Shown one piece after another: positions 38,201 to 51,697 of a stretch of 64,000 nucleotides of DNA; the first letter of the stretch is position 1, and each line of letters begins with the position of its first letter. Origin of the DNA: Ptychomitrium polyphyllum. Its lineage: Eukaryota. Location: assembly GCA_973851085.1 (NCBI GenBank), contig OZ316775.1:4836001-4900000 (forward strand), written 5' to 3'. The notes beneath the pieces are model-generated. The model was not told the origin of the DNA. It saw nothing but the letters and a program-made list of their open reading frames with translations, and searched no databases. Made by a program: the position numbers and the translations under genes.

Positions 38201-40366
38201 CCATGCTGCAAGATAGGCACGAAAACTATAATGAAGAACTAATTATGAAGCTGAGTGCATCTTTCGCAGAAAAAATTGAACTGCACTACATTGAAGACAA
38301 TATCCACATAGCACACTATGATCGTATTACGCTTACACCCTCATAAACAGTCTGGCCTTCCAAACTTAAGACCATAAATGTCCAGTATACTTTGTGCAGG
38401 ATGACTCACACCTCTTCAGCACATAACGAGCGATATTCTGCTGTAATTTCATGTGCCATATTTGACCACATTTCCTGCCTTTGCACTGCTGCTGCAGCAT
38501 CCTCCAAGAACCTCCTCCTCTCCAAAGCAATCCGAGCCTGGTATGAAGAAGCACAATTTAGAAATAGGGCACAATCGAATATTCGTCACAGCCGTTGGAA
38601 ATTCCAATGGGTTAGGCCAGAACTTTGGAGCCGATCACTCCAACAAAGAATTTTCTCGGATATCAAATTTACTAAATCACCTAGTAAGAAAGTAACTCCT
38701 TGTTCTAACTACAGCCATGCCAATTATTGGTTCTGAACAGGTCCAAGTGAAAGCTTGGCATCTTTGCAAGAACAAAACTTCAAACAACAATAAATCAACA
38801 AGGGTGGTATCCATTCCTAAGCATGTTGACAACTTTGCGTGGTATACCTTAGTAACACTCAGAAGAGATGCTGCATGCATATTATGAGCAACAATTTCTG
38901 CTAGTGGTGCAGGAAGTGGATTTGAAGCAACATCTGCAAGGAAAGTACGCCGATGCACCTCTCGAAGAGCATGCGCAGATAGCTGCCACAATAGTTCCAC
39001 AAATCTGCATCATATCACCATCCTCATCAGCTCATATACCAAGACTGAGCTCAATTTCAAGCATTGACACGTTTTCAAAGGTACATAACATTGTTTCGTG
39101 CACACCTGTTGCTTCACTTAGTATTTTCCACTAACAAGTCGTGCATTAAGATGGAGTTGAGAGGAAAAGCACAATACATTTATAAATTAAATTAAATTAA
39201 ATTAAATTTTAAAAATCGTCATATTATATCATAATGACAATGAGAGTATACAATAAAAATGAAGGAGGTTATAATAAGCAACACTAAAGACTGGGCACTT
39301 TTCCGAACACATATCATTTTCCTGAGTACTCAGTGTACGCATTTCAAGTAAGAGAAACGGAATATAAGTGTGCAACCTTTGTCCGCAACAGGTGGCCAAT
39401 GATGAAACTCTTGAATTACTATGTGGTAAGGCTCCCTGAGCTTCCAGATCATTGATCAAATTCTGAACAATCTGCACCATATCAATGTGAACATTTTAAT
39501 AAGATAGCCTACGAAATTTGCATATACGCAGCAAAGGAAAAAATCGAAAGTCAGGATTCTCATAATATGAAATGACATTCAAAATACATGAAACGAAGCA
39601 CTTATGCTAATGAGCAAGAGAACAGTGATAGTTACGAGCGACACACTAATGAATCGGGTTACCTTCCGAAAATCGCGAGATTGTGCAGCATCAAATATTG
39701 GCCAAACTCCAGCAAAGTCCTGATGACTCCGAGCTTGTCAATACTACATCCATAACTATTGTAAAAATGAATAAAGATTCAAATATGCCACTTCACTGAA
39801 GATCACAAGACAGATGTGTGGTAAAACGGGGTACAGCTCTCTCCCTTTCAATGTTACTGGCTTATGTCGATAGCACCCTCTGAAGTGCACGGATTTAGAA
39901 TAACGCCGGCAACGCTCAACGACATTGTAAATATGAGAGTTCCAACAAGTTCAAGTAAGTTTCAACTACTACCGAAGGTGCAGTTGATCTTCGTGCATAC
40001 AGCTGGTAAACAATAAGGGGAAGTTTTTCACTTCAAAAATAAAAGATTACCAGCCAAGATACAAGGAGTTGAAGAACATACCTTAGACGAGAGTTGAGGA
40101 CCTCTAAGGGCAGAAAGGAGAAAATAAAGAAGAAATTCGCCCACTCGAGGATTGGAGTACCGAAAGAGACCTGCCCGAGTACCAGGGCCAGGACCAAGGA
40201 CTGAGGCATCCAGCCCTAAAAGCGAACAATTAGTGTATAGGGCAGCCTCCATCTCACCCTCCTTCTCCTTTTCTTTTTCCTTTTCCTTTTCACGCTCACG
40301 GTCTTTCTCCCTCTCTTTCTCTTTTTCCTTCTCTTTTTCCATGACCAAAGCCGTGAGTCCCTCCAT
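35233..40366 (-). CDS. AUG6: Augmin (HAUS) complex subunit 6, multi-exon; 3' end uncertain
   Basis: [89 protein letters not shown] and [21 protein letters not shown]. Confidence 0.88.
40262..40340 (-). repeat. Low-complexity (EK/ER)n coding repeat at the AUG6 N-terminus
   Basis: Encodes [28 protein letters not shown]; pyrimidine run on the + strand. Confidence 0.85.
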
Positions 40367-42249
40367 GATGTCGGTAGTAGCCCACTGCAAGGCACACACA
40401 ATTCAAGAGTTGCATACTTCTTGTCAGACCCACTTGATTGATCTCACTACTAACAAATTAATTTGTGTAGGCAAAGGCCAAGCTCAGAACGAATAACTAA
40501 GTGTAATTGCACTTCTTCTGCTGGATATATTTTCCCAACTTGTTAAGAATATCAGCTCCCCAATATCACATATCGACTTCCAACTAACCTAGAAAGTAGA
40601 AATTGCCAGTCGTGAATTATCGACTTGACAGATAGTGCATTGCATACCTGCATCATGATGCTTGATATGTTTCACAAATCCCTTCTGTTGAATACCCACA
40701 GAAATCTGTTCGTGAATCCCAATACAGCCAGGAAAAAGCCCAATAGATTGTGATTTATAAAAGAACACCGCAAGGCGTGACCTGCGTTTGAGGCAGATGA
40801 ACCAATAGTCATCTCAAGAGCAAGCATGCCATCCTCACCACCATTTTGCCAAATGCCGACAAACGTGCAAATATTCAACCCCAAGGGCAATTCAACTCCA
40901 ACAACACCGACGTGACAAGGCTCAGCTCGATCCCAATGTAATATTACGCCTTCCGCTGTAACGAACGAGGGACTTCTTCCAAGTTCGCAGATGGCCTTGA
41001 AACATATGTCAATCGATAGCCGATTTCACAACCACCATAAAACTTCCAAGCTATCCGCCTAAAAGCTGCTCCAGCTGAGAACACAAACAATAACCTTCTG
41101 CCATTCCCGCAACCAGCTCAATTCCAACCCGATGATTCAGAAATTCAAGCACCCCTACGAAGCTCCTCTCCAACCTCTAATCCACCATTGCCATCCAAAA
41201 CCAACTGCCCGAGGCACCAGCAACAAACGCCGAACCGACAAGCCAAACGCGAGCTCCACTCACGAGTTCCCATCCACATAGAGAAGCGCCATCGCCGTCA
41301 GACGATCAAAACCTCGAAGAAACGAAAACGAAAAATCAAAGGCCTTCGCGCCTTCCAAGACCACATGAACTAACCACAACCACAACCACAACCGCCAACC
41401 CGAGCGCTAGACAAGGCCTCCACCGCGCAGCAACACCTCAACCATCATCGCCCGTCAACTCCATCGCATAGAGCTCGTTTGGCACCCTACTAAGACATCA
41501 CCACGCAAGGCGCATGATTTAAAACCCCAGGCACAAGAGCGACAAGTGTGAAGCCCTAGGAGCGCGGCCATGGCAAGCCGAAGTGCACGCCTGGCCTCAC
41601 AGCTGATCCATCATGACGCGACGTCGCCATAATGAAGCGATGCCACACACTCTGCCGCACAGTCGGTCGCGGCTACAACAATCAATGCTGCAACCTGACG
41701 GTGTCGGAAGCCATAGCTTGGCTTCAAAGTCCCAAGCTCCGCTCGCCTCTCGCTCCCTCTCCCTCGCTCACTCGCCCCCTCTGTCGCTCTCTCCCTCCCT
41801 AGCTCTCTGTCTGTGTCTCTGTGTGTGTCGCCCTCTCTCGCTGCGACGAGTTTGCATGGGAACATGAGTGTTTCCAAGGGGAACATGCACTAGCTTCGTC
41901 GAATTATAAGTTAGCGCACTCGCGCTTCGGCCACACGATCGAAGCTGGCGCCCTCACAGTCACAACTCCCGAGCCTCCGGCTGGGGACCAACATCGTGCC
42001 ACGTCACCGGCACGGTGGTTTTCGAAGTCGTATTTGCGGATTATCTGGATGTCAGGTGGGATGGTAAGTTTGTCAGCAGACAGTTACTGCGCCTCCGCTG
42101 CCAAATCTTTTCGCCTTCTCGAGTCTGCGTCGTCCAGACCTACGGGGCTATTGCCGTTCACACCTAGTACTGGAAGTTACAGAGGGTCGGTACTAGAGTT
42201 ACTGTCGTGGTGGGGCCTCTGAGTTTATCCTTGTGCAATAGTATCGTGC

Positions 42250-44950
42250 GTAATCCACTTCATCATTTGTTCAAAAATATAGTGTGCAAGCTTTCATATG
42301 ATTGTAACATGATTGTAACATGATTGTAACCTTATATAACAAAAATTATTATCCTGTTTGAGCGCACTAAGTTCAATTTTAAGGATGCTTATATGTATTC
42401 ATTACTACTCAACCTGGTGCTTCATTAGTCTGTTAATTCATTTTTTTACTATATTTGTTGCAGCAATACTTTATTAAGAAAAAATAGAAATTTAGTTAAA
42501 ACGCATACAACATTGGCCAGTGAATAAAGTTCAAATTCTAGACATATGTGGATAAAATAATTATTATGTTTACTAGCCTTTATTTGATTTACACAATTAT
42601 GAAATTCAAATTTTGTATATTAAAAGGTATAAAATATTTCTAAATTTAATTCATTTCATTTTTTAATTTAAAATACAATATATCAAAAAATATATAGCAC
42701 TTGCTATGTAGCACTATAAGAGGGCCATTGTTGTGTTCATCTATATTATTGTCTACCATTCTTTAAGAGTATCACAAAAGAATTTTTAGATGAATCCCAT
42801 GAAAGAATTCCAAGTACTTTAAGCCTAATACTAAAATGAATCTCTATTCTAAGTGAGTTTCCACATAAGGATATTGGCTGTTTATTGCCTTCTTAAGAAT
42901 AAGCCCAAAAGTCTTGGTCAAAAAGACCAAATGTTTGTATATCTAGGAAGAATCCATTCCTTCTTTATAAAAGCTATTTTATCAAAACAACTATACTATA
43001 AGCATTTTTCAACATGCAAGAAGTTTTTAGAATTAATGAATAAGTTTGTATTGTCAAGTTTTATATTTTGTATAAGCCCTTATAATAATGTGTTGTTGTT
43101 GAAGAAACATATATTGAATTACATTTTCCATATGTTAATTTTAAAGAAGATAAGGAAATTGTAAGTGAAGATTTCAAGTGCAATGTACAAGGCGCCATGG
43201 TTGCCTAATTTTATTTGTAATGATATCTTCAAGGTAAATATGATATGAAATTGTTTTTTATTTGAGCAATTCAATGAAAATTATTGCTTGGATTGTTTTT
43301 AAAATTTGATATTGTGAATATAATTTTGTGATTTCATGAATTTTTTTGCAGACATAGTATTATTAAAATGCATATAATAATTTTTTTGTTAATTTTTGGA
43401 CGATCATTGCTAAGGAGGATTTTTGAAATTGTATTTTGTTATTTTGAAGATTTAAATGAAGATTGTTGAAGATTTAATTTAGAAATTTAAACAATATGGA
43501 GTACTTATAAAATAAAGGGCATTGGTTGGAAAAGAAGGAATCAATGGATGTGATGGTTATCAACATGAACCCATGTTTTTGCTTCTAAAGTTGATATATG
43601 GAAGATATATCAAAAAATTGAAGCTTGGATTTCTTTTGTAAAAACCTAGCATTTTGTCCCTTTCAAAAATTATTGAAGAATTCAGATATGACAAAGAAAG
43701 AAATAAGCTTATAAAATTAGTATTTACTTTTGTTAAAAATACTAAAATACCAATGGTTGAACGTATGTGGAAGAAAAGCAAGTAAATTTCATATTTATAA
43801 AAGATTTCATTCAAATTTCTAATGATTGTAGCAAAAAACGTATGCAATTTATACTTATAAGCTTCAAGATTCAAAAAAATGGAAAAAAATATAAGTTTGA
43901 AAAAAGATTTAAAATTTTGAAAAAAAAATTAGTATAAATTAAAAACATGATTTTTATTTAGTAGATTTAGTTTATAATTTATATTGTACATTTTATGCAA
44001 AGGAAATATTAATGAAATAATTTAAAAACTTAATTTGTTATATGATGTATTTGAAGTCATTGTCTAATACAAAGTTTTGTTGTGGAAAGTCACCGCTTGA
44101 TCTTACATCCATAGTGCTTTCATCCATTGCAATTGCATAATAATACACTCTATTTTTATGAATGTAATTAAAAAATGAATAAATATATTAATACAATAAT
44201 ACATTGAATAATTATATATATATGTGAATAAAAGCATATTTAGATATTGAATTTGATGGCCATAAAATAGGTAAATGTATTTTTGTCATAACATAGACAA
44301 TCAAATGAAAATTTTCACTATTATATTTTCGAACAAAGTATGAATTGGACTAGATATAATAAAAATTTGAAGATTTTATGGACAAGAGGATTTAGAAAAT
44401 CCAAAATAAATTAATATGCTAACTTTTGAATGATTTTATTCATTATTACTTAAATTTGATTCAAATAAAATGATGTCCATTTTCATTTACCTTAAAAAAA
44501 TAATATGGATGCAAAAATTTCCTTAAAAAAGTCTTTTTAATGTTTAAAAAATTGTTCATATTTGAATGTAATGCAAATCCTATAGCATATAAAAAAAAAC
44601 ATGATGGAAATTTGATTGAATATTAGAAATGTGTAATGGAAACACTTGAAATGATTTTGAAAGATTACATTTTAAAATGACATCATTAGTTAAATTTGGG
44701 ATCTCAAAATCCAATGTTGACTAGACTTGCATTTAGTTCTATTTAAAATTGGCATATAACAAATAAATGGACAAACAACCATTACTTTTGTTTAAAAGAT
44801 TTAAAGATATTTAGTTGCTTATAAAAAATATTTCATACTTGATTTAGAAAGGTTAAATTAGCCTAAGGCTATATGATGATAAGAGAATGGTTCTTAGGAT
44901 GCTCAAAAGTTTAAAAAAGTGGCAATTACCACACAATTGAAAAGTAAAGA
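42250..44950. other. Very AT-rich gene-free tract, possibly decayed transposon DNA; includes (atgattgtaac)x3 near 42298-42330
   Basis: Abrupt compositional shift; only F/I/K/L-rich spurious ORFs. Confidence 0.5.
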
Positions 44951-45369
44951 GAAAGTACGAGTATCCTTTTTCTTGCGGGCTACCCAATGACATATGGGTT
45001 ATGTGTTTATGAAACATTCCGTGATGTGCAGAGTGCCTCCTCGCGGCTCCCGTAGCCGTGGAGCTGGACACACAAACGCCCTCTTCCAATCTCCCGCTCA
45101 CCCGCTCATGCGTTCCACACGAACTGCTCGTCACACACACTGCACCACCACGCATGAATCATTCCACACGACGTTGGCATAGCCTCACACTGCTGCAAAG
45201 TCACACTACACCCTGCTGGACTACTGCTGCAGCCCTGTTGACAGTCTCGGTTCTTGCAGACATAAGAGCAGGACATCTTCTGCACAGTACCGTGGCAAGA
45301 AGCTTTGGATGCGAACGGGCATCGGTAAACTGAACTCAAAATCTCATGAAGTTTGTGTGGAGGCATCCA

Positions 45370-46159
45370 TGATGGTATCCGATCATTGCTTGACTGGTCA
45401 AAGAATCATGAGGAACTACCCGAGGGAGCTCGCTAGTCGACCAATGTGTCGCGAGTGTGAGGATGCGGTGAAAGCTGCTTCTGATCGGCAGGTGGTCTTC
45501 AGACTATCACTTGCTAAGTAACTGTTTGACGTGATGCCGGGTGGTATTGGATGTCTTTAGGTTCTTCGTGATTATAACCAAATGATCTGACAAGGGATGG
45601 TCTGTGATTTGCAGGGAGAGCATCACGACGCTTTGTCAAACGTTGGCAAGGGCGTTGCACTTGGTACTGCACGTCAACCTCAACTCGTAGACAGCAGTAA
45701 AGTATTTGTTGAACTGAGAAACTTGAATTTTTCTTTTAGTCTGTCGAGCTTACAAAGATTAGAACTTCAGTGGAGATCCTGTTTATCTCGTAGTGAGAGC
45801 TTCCCGGTGTGGTGTTGCCAGGAACCGAAGCTAGTGACCCGGCTATTCAGCTTGCCAACATAGTTGTGGAGCTTGATGATGGATGTGTGGAGCGCATTAG
45901 AATGAATGACAACGAAACTGCGGAAGAAGTAGCAACAAAGGTTTGCCGGAAGAACGATCTTCCGGATAAGTTTGCGGCACTGCTTGCAGAACACATTATT
46001 GATCGCTATCCGACGAGAGCTGTGGACAGAAAGATAGAGGAAGTGACAGTATTGAGTACCGAAACGAACGAGAGCAAAACGGTGAAGAACAAAAGTAAGA
46101 GCCAAAGTGAGAGTTCAAGTACTGGCAGTGATTCCAAAGAGAAGGGCCTAAAGAAGTGA
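45370..46159 (+). CDS. Small putative 3-exon gene of unknown function
   Basis: Candidate exons ~45370-45490, 45615-~45700 and ~45798-46159. The last encodes a globular-looking segment (IVVELDDGCVERIRMNDNETAEEVATKVCRKNDLPDKFAALLAEHI) and a Ser/Lys tail. The third acceptor is ambiguous. Confidence 0.45.
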
Positions 46160-46280
46160 TCACTTGGCCACTTTTCTTTACTCAACGTCTTCCCACTTCG
46201 GGTAAATTTGACGACCTAGTGATGTCAACATCTTCGACTGAATCTGACATTAAACGAAGATGACATTGGCTACTCTAGTC

Positions 46281-48079
46281 TCAAAAATCCGTAAAATTGA
46301 GTTTGCAGAGCAGTGTGAGGTTGGAGCTTCCTGTCCGACCTTCCACAAACTTACCATTCAGAAAAGAAAGAGCAAGCTGTCGATTCAGTGCTTGTGTAGG
46401 ATGCAGACCATCCCAGATAAGATGCTGTGAAGGATCGTCACACGCCGATGAGATGTTGACAAAAGTCGTCACGTTTGTGACAGGGTCTACAACGTCCCCT
46501 GACTTGCCGCACCTGACTGAAGGGTTGTAGTTGTGTTGGCCGCCATAGCCACAGCACGCCACAAATGCTTTCTCTTTTCGGAATCCTGAAAAGCAGAGAA
46601 ATGAACCAATATGATATCAGATTCGTGAATAATTCTGAGTCCTAACGGCAAGTGACGGCTCTCAGTTGTTATTTGAAAATTCAGAAACTTCTGTTTGATT
46701 CAATTCTCACCATAGTGTTCCAAGTCGCTATAAATAGCTTCGGTCGCACCATAAGTGTCAAAGAATAAGATGCTCGCATCAGAAAAGCGCGTACGATGCT
46801 CCTGAACACTCGCCTTCAACTGAGCATTGTACACCCTCACTGCTTCGTTGTATTCACTCAAACACCCCAATCTATCGACAGGGACGCCTTCTCCTCCATA
46901 CAATGTTAGGATATACGGAGTGCATCCCGCTGGTGGTGCATTAAAGACTAAGAAACTCCGAGAACCACCGGCGTACAAACTCTGCGTGCAGGCCGTATAT
47001 GATTCGAAATTTATATACAGTACATCGACAGCTTATGACAGATTCCACTTCCAAAAATCTGCAAGGAAACAGTTCTTCGTAATTGCGAGAACTGAAATTG
47101 AGTTGGTATGCGTAGCTTCTTCTTTTGATAATGGCATGAGATGCATTTCAAGGTCGGTTATGATGTTCTCACTAACCTCCACAGCATTTCGGACTGCTTC
47201 GATGGCTCGTGGGACCGTGAAGTAGATCGTTTGAGAGGGAGTAAGACCTTTGCTGTATGCATCGACGAAGTCATTTATTCCAATTTCGGATATCACATAG
47301 AGTGCCCTTCCAAAGTACAATGGGTCGACATCTGCAGATGTGAAGAATGAGAAACGGCAACATTTCAATCACATAGAGTACGAAGCGCTGCCAATTGCAG
47401 AAATATATGAATCTTTTGCAAGCAACTTACAAGGTATAGTTGACGCGGATTTGAAGGCAAAGAACTGGAGAATCTCCAAAGGGAGATTAAAGGGACTTGC
47501 CAACAAGTTCGTCGCCGCCGTCGCCCCTCCATACGCAAAATTCGCACCGAAGTCGTACCTTGAGCCCTTTCCCGCTAGAAATTTCGCTGTGATAGGTTCT
47601 ATGAAGGGGAAACCGAAAGCCTGTGCTGTTACAACAACCATACGCACACATAAACACCAACAATGAACACATCTGAGTTCAATTGTCACGCGGATTGCTC
47701 TTCGCTCTTCGCTCGAATTTGCTAAGGAAAGGAGAAGCACTTCCGACATCACCAAATCGAACAGCATCATCAACAGAGACTAAAAGGCATTGCCCAATCC
47801 GGATTCCAAAATCATTTCTCAAGTGGGCATTGGTGAGAAAGTACCGAAAAAATCGATTACAAGGCGGCCGTCACTGAACCTGCTTGGTTTTTTTGAACGA
47901 GGAAATGTGTAGGACATTCCATAGGGATAACGTAGAACTAGATTTAAGCCGAGAAACTGGATGTTTCCCGTGTCTGTAAGCGAGTCTCCGAACACAAAAA
48001 TCGCCGAATTAGAACAAGTGAAGGGCGATTCAGCTGCAGCACAAATAATGAAGCCCAGAAAGAACACCGTGGCCATCAT
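46281..48079 (-). CDS. GDSL esterase/lipase, secreted, 5 exons
   Basis: Signal peptide, IFVFGDSLTDTGN, RFSDGRLVIDF, GANFAYGGATA, EIGIND, GCL..YN, ACCGYGG and IWDGLHPT. Confidence 0.93.
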
Positions 48080-49620
48080 CTTGAAAACAATCAATTGCAG
48101 AATCCCTGGACGTCCAGACTGTGTTCCTTGATCAATTCTTCACTTAATGCATTTATAGCACCTGTACTGGCAGTTCTCACACTAAATGACATTATTTCTT
48201 GCTTCGGAAACAGGTCGACGTTTCAATTACTGTACTTGAAAAACACAACTCCCTAGGCTGCTGGGAGTTGTGAATCGCGGTAGGATTCAAAATGTTATTG
48301 CAAAGACACTCGGACCACCCTTACATACTTTTCAGTAAGTCTCGTGCAGGCTAAGAACACTGTAGATGCCACGACGATCCTGTGATTAACTTAGAGCTTG
48401 ACGTGAGGAACAGCACTGCCATGCCAGATTGATTGGCGCCAAGCTAATGAAAATCTGTATTGCTCACCAATTGCAAGTCGCAATACGATTGTGTGATAGC
48501 TAGAGCAGGAAGATTGCGTTAGATGAAGTTCAGCACGGCTTACTCAAGGTATGGTAGTGTGACCAAGCCAGGTACAAATTACCATGACAACTGCATGTTA
48601 CAAGCACTGATTGGGATGCATCTGGATGATTCCAGACTCTCATGTCCTGCGAACGTGCAGCTGTAAGAGTTTACTTCTATCTCATCCTGTCAGACTGCTA
48701 GACTGCTCAGTTGAAATTCACAGTAAGAAAGCCTACTGCCGTTCTCTCAAAGACGTGGTGTGTTACTGATGATCAATGTGTTTCATTCATTCTTCACATG
48801 AACACCGACCAGAAAGCATTTCATACGCCCTGAGGAGCAGTCGTACTAACTTCCGTTCAAAATACATCCATTATCTCAAGGATTTTTCAGAGATTTGGAA
48901 ATATCCAATCAAACAAGGTCACTATACTGAATGATAGAAACCAATATGATATCAATACCCCTTTGACTAGAGGCTGAAGGATGTTTTGCAGAGTAACCTT
49001 AGTATTTAAAACAAATCTCGAAACTTAAGCTTACCCCAATCAAAACCACCACCCAGATTCACGAAATTTTGGACGGTGACATGAAGTTAGTGCCTCGACT
49101 TTTGGAATTCACTTACCATAGCGAACAGTGCTGGCCAACTGCGTCCTTACTTGGCCATGTGCCAGCTGCTTAAATTGAAAATGTTGACTGTGATGCTGTC
49201 CTCGATGACTCTTCGACATGTCAGCAGATCCTAAAATACAAGATACCAGCTTTACCTCTCTTCAAGCAGGTTCTTGACTCAGGTTCCTGAATCAGGACTC
49301 TCTGGCAGTGACTGCTAGAACAATGTCTACATCGTCCCACTACTTTCAATCAATGACATGTCCACAAAACCACTGGAGGTTTCACGGTTCCAACATATCA
49401 AGAAAAAGGTTTGTCCATAGACGTACAAACAAAGAATCTTACTTGAAAGAAATTCCTCTCAATAATATCAAGAAATTAATGTCATGATGCTCAGGCTGCT
49501 TCTCATACGTTTGAAAAATAAACTTGTACCATGACTAAACTATACAACTTCTTTACATATTACAATCAGAGTTTCTACAGTGTTGCATCTACCATCCAGA
49601 AGTCATCTAGTTCCAAACAT

Positions 49621-51697
49621 CTATTTCGACAACCAGTAGATGATAAGGAACACTGTGCAAGCAGTAATAACCCCTGCTAAGATCAAGGTGTCCTTTGATT
49701 TTTTCCGTCTGATTGCTCCTGCATCACGGATCCACAAAACAATATTTTGACGAATCCCCAGGTGACAATCAAATCAACACGACAAGGGCTACAAGTGTCT
49801 AGTATTCATTTTGAATATCATACTTGATGACTAAAACAATGATAATATATAACTCTTCAGAACCTAAGGTTTCCATCAACTCACATTGTATAGTGCAAAA
49901 AGGGGTCATGTAAAATAGCCCATAGTTGCTGATCGGTCACAAGTTTCACAGAGTTCAGGCGACAAGTTATGAAGCTGAAAAACTGTAAACGACGACATAC
50001 CTAATAAGCCCCGAATAGCAGGAAAACGATCACCCAGTTGCTTCACTTTCCCTTGAATTTCCATGAAGGTTGATCGCTGTGCCCCGAGTGCTACTTTTGT
50101 AGTCTGAGCTATGTTGATTACCTCGTCCATCTGACGAAATCACACATTTCACTGTAAATTAGAAGACTAATGAAAATCAGTTGAGAATTTACCGAACATC
50201 TCATTAGCTTTAATAAAAGCTCAAAAAACTCATTTGTCATAGCATTAGCGAACACTATTCAAAAGACAGCATGTTAATGAACGAGAACTGCAGTAGTTGG
50301 CGCAATGAACTCACTTGAGCAATGTTACCATGGATTGCTCCACGTTCCCTCAGCAAGCTTGGTCCCGGTGATAAATTTCCTGACGCCTGTTAAATCCAAG
50401 AATCAGCATTTTGTAAGGAAATTATAGAATCAAACAGTTACATCGATATTGGGTGGTCAAATACCATAATTCGATCTTACAAAAAATAAAATATACGTTC
50501 ACAATGAATCGAATTATAGTTAAACAAGGCAACAGAAGCTACCTTGTACTCACTGATGTCATTACGAACAGAAGTCAGAAGCTCCGCATGCTCTCGCATA
50601 GAGCTTATATTGTTCCGTGTTCGACGAAACTCCTGCCGTCCAATCCCAGGAAAATCAATGATACCAATTTTTAGCATACAACTGCAATTGTAATCACAAC
50701 ACTCCCAATGTAAGTGTTCTCCTACTGTAGGTTTGATAACGGTTATTGTTAAACAAATAGAAATGTTTTCAACTATGTCCTTCCTTGCGCAACAAAAATT
50801 CTAGCCACAGCAAATCTGGCTTGACCATCAGATCTATATTCCGAAGTGTAAAGTATCAAAGGCATAAGACTCGTCAACTAGTCTAGGAGATCATCAAAGA
50901 AATGTGGAAGGTTTCACTGAAACATTTGGTCACTTGAAAAGAGTATGCTTACCTACGATACTTGTTGATCATAATCTCAGATGTTAAACAGAAGTTCAGT
51001 AATTCCACAAACCAGGTTCAACAAAGGCGCTAGTATAGTTGAGGTCATTTACTAACCTGAGTGAATTCATGTAGAATATCCCGATGCCGAGCAAGTTTCT
51101 GCGTAACGGAGGTGGTCGAGGTAGCAGCCGCAACACATCGGCTCATTGAATCATTGATATCCAGCAACTTCTCTAGTAATGACTCAATCTCCATCTCCAT
51201 TGATTTCCATGACCCATCCCCTCCTACATCACCTGCAGACTCAATCTTCTATACTTAGGATTTACAAGACTTGATACATTCATCCAAAAACCAAGGTTAA
51301 TCTCGGATCTCTCAAGGTATCAGCTAGAAAAAACAGATTGAAACGTATGAATGTTGTATACCCCCTGCCTACAATCTTGTAGTGTCCCTGCCAAGCATAT
51401 TTGTGTAATGCTCGTCGCAGAGTTGCAAATAAATTAAAATAACTTGCAATCGCTAGAGCGTCCTCTATAAGCCAGTCACATCGCGGAGTTGGATAAGATA
51501 GATACACAGAACACATGCGTAAATAATGCAACAGTGCGTAATCAAGTAGCAGAGATTTACATAAGTTATGGTCACTGACCTCCATGGGAGAGCATGCCTC
51601 CAAGCTTCGCATACGAGGACAGCTTCACGTCAAGGTCGCCCTCAAGTTTCCGGGCCTCCTTGCGGAGCTCCTCCCAGCCAGTCTCCATTTCTTCCAT
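49621..51697 (-). CDS. GOS12: Golgi Qb-SNARE GOS1/GOS12-like (GS28), multi-exon
   Basis: GWEELRKEARKLEGDLDVKLSSYAKLG, SWKSMEMEIESLLEKLLDINDSMSRC, QKLARHRDILHEFTQEFRR, LLRERGAIHG, RFPAIRGLLG, IRRKKSKDTLIL and a C-terminal TM segment ending IIYWLSK*. Confidence 0.93.

Noticed and set aside
42853..43874. ORFs of ~100 aa in the AT-rich tract
   Set aside because: Composition-driven F/I/K/L-rich translations with no motif.
12379..48079. Lipid or cell-wall biosynthetic gene cluster (PLA1, GDSL lipase, PME)
   Set aside because: The genes are far apart, separated by unrelated housekeeping genes, and one is a pseudogene; there is no pathway logic.
48767..48833. Possible C/D box snoRNA (TGATGA ... CTGA)
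   Set aside because: No convincing terminal stem and no rRNA or snRNA complementarity I could recognise; such boxes occur by chance.
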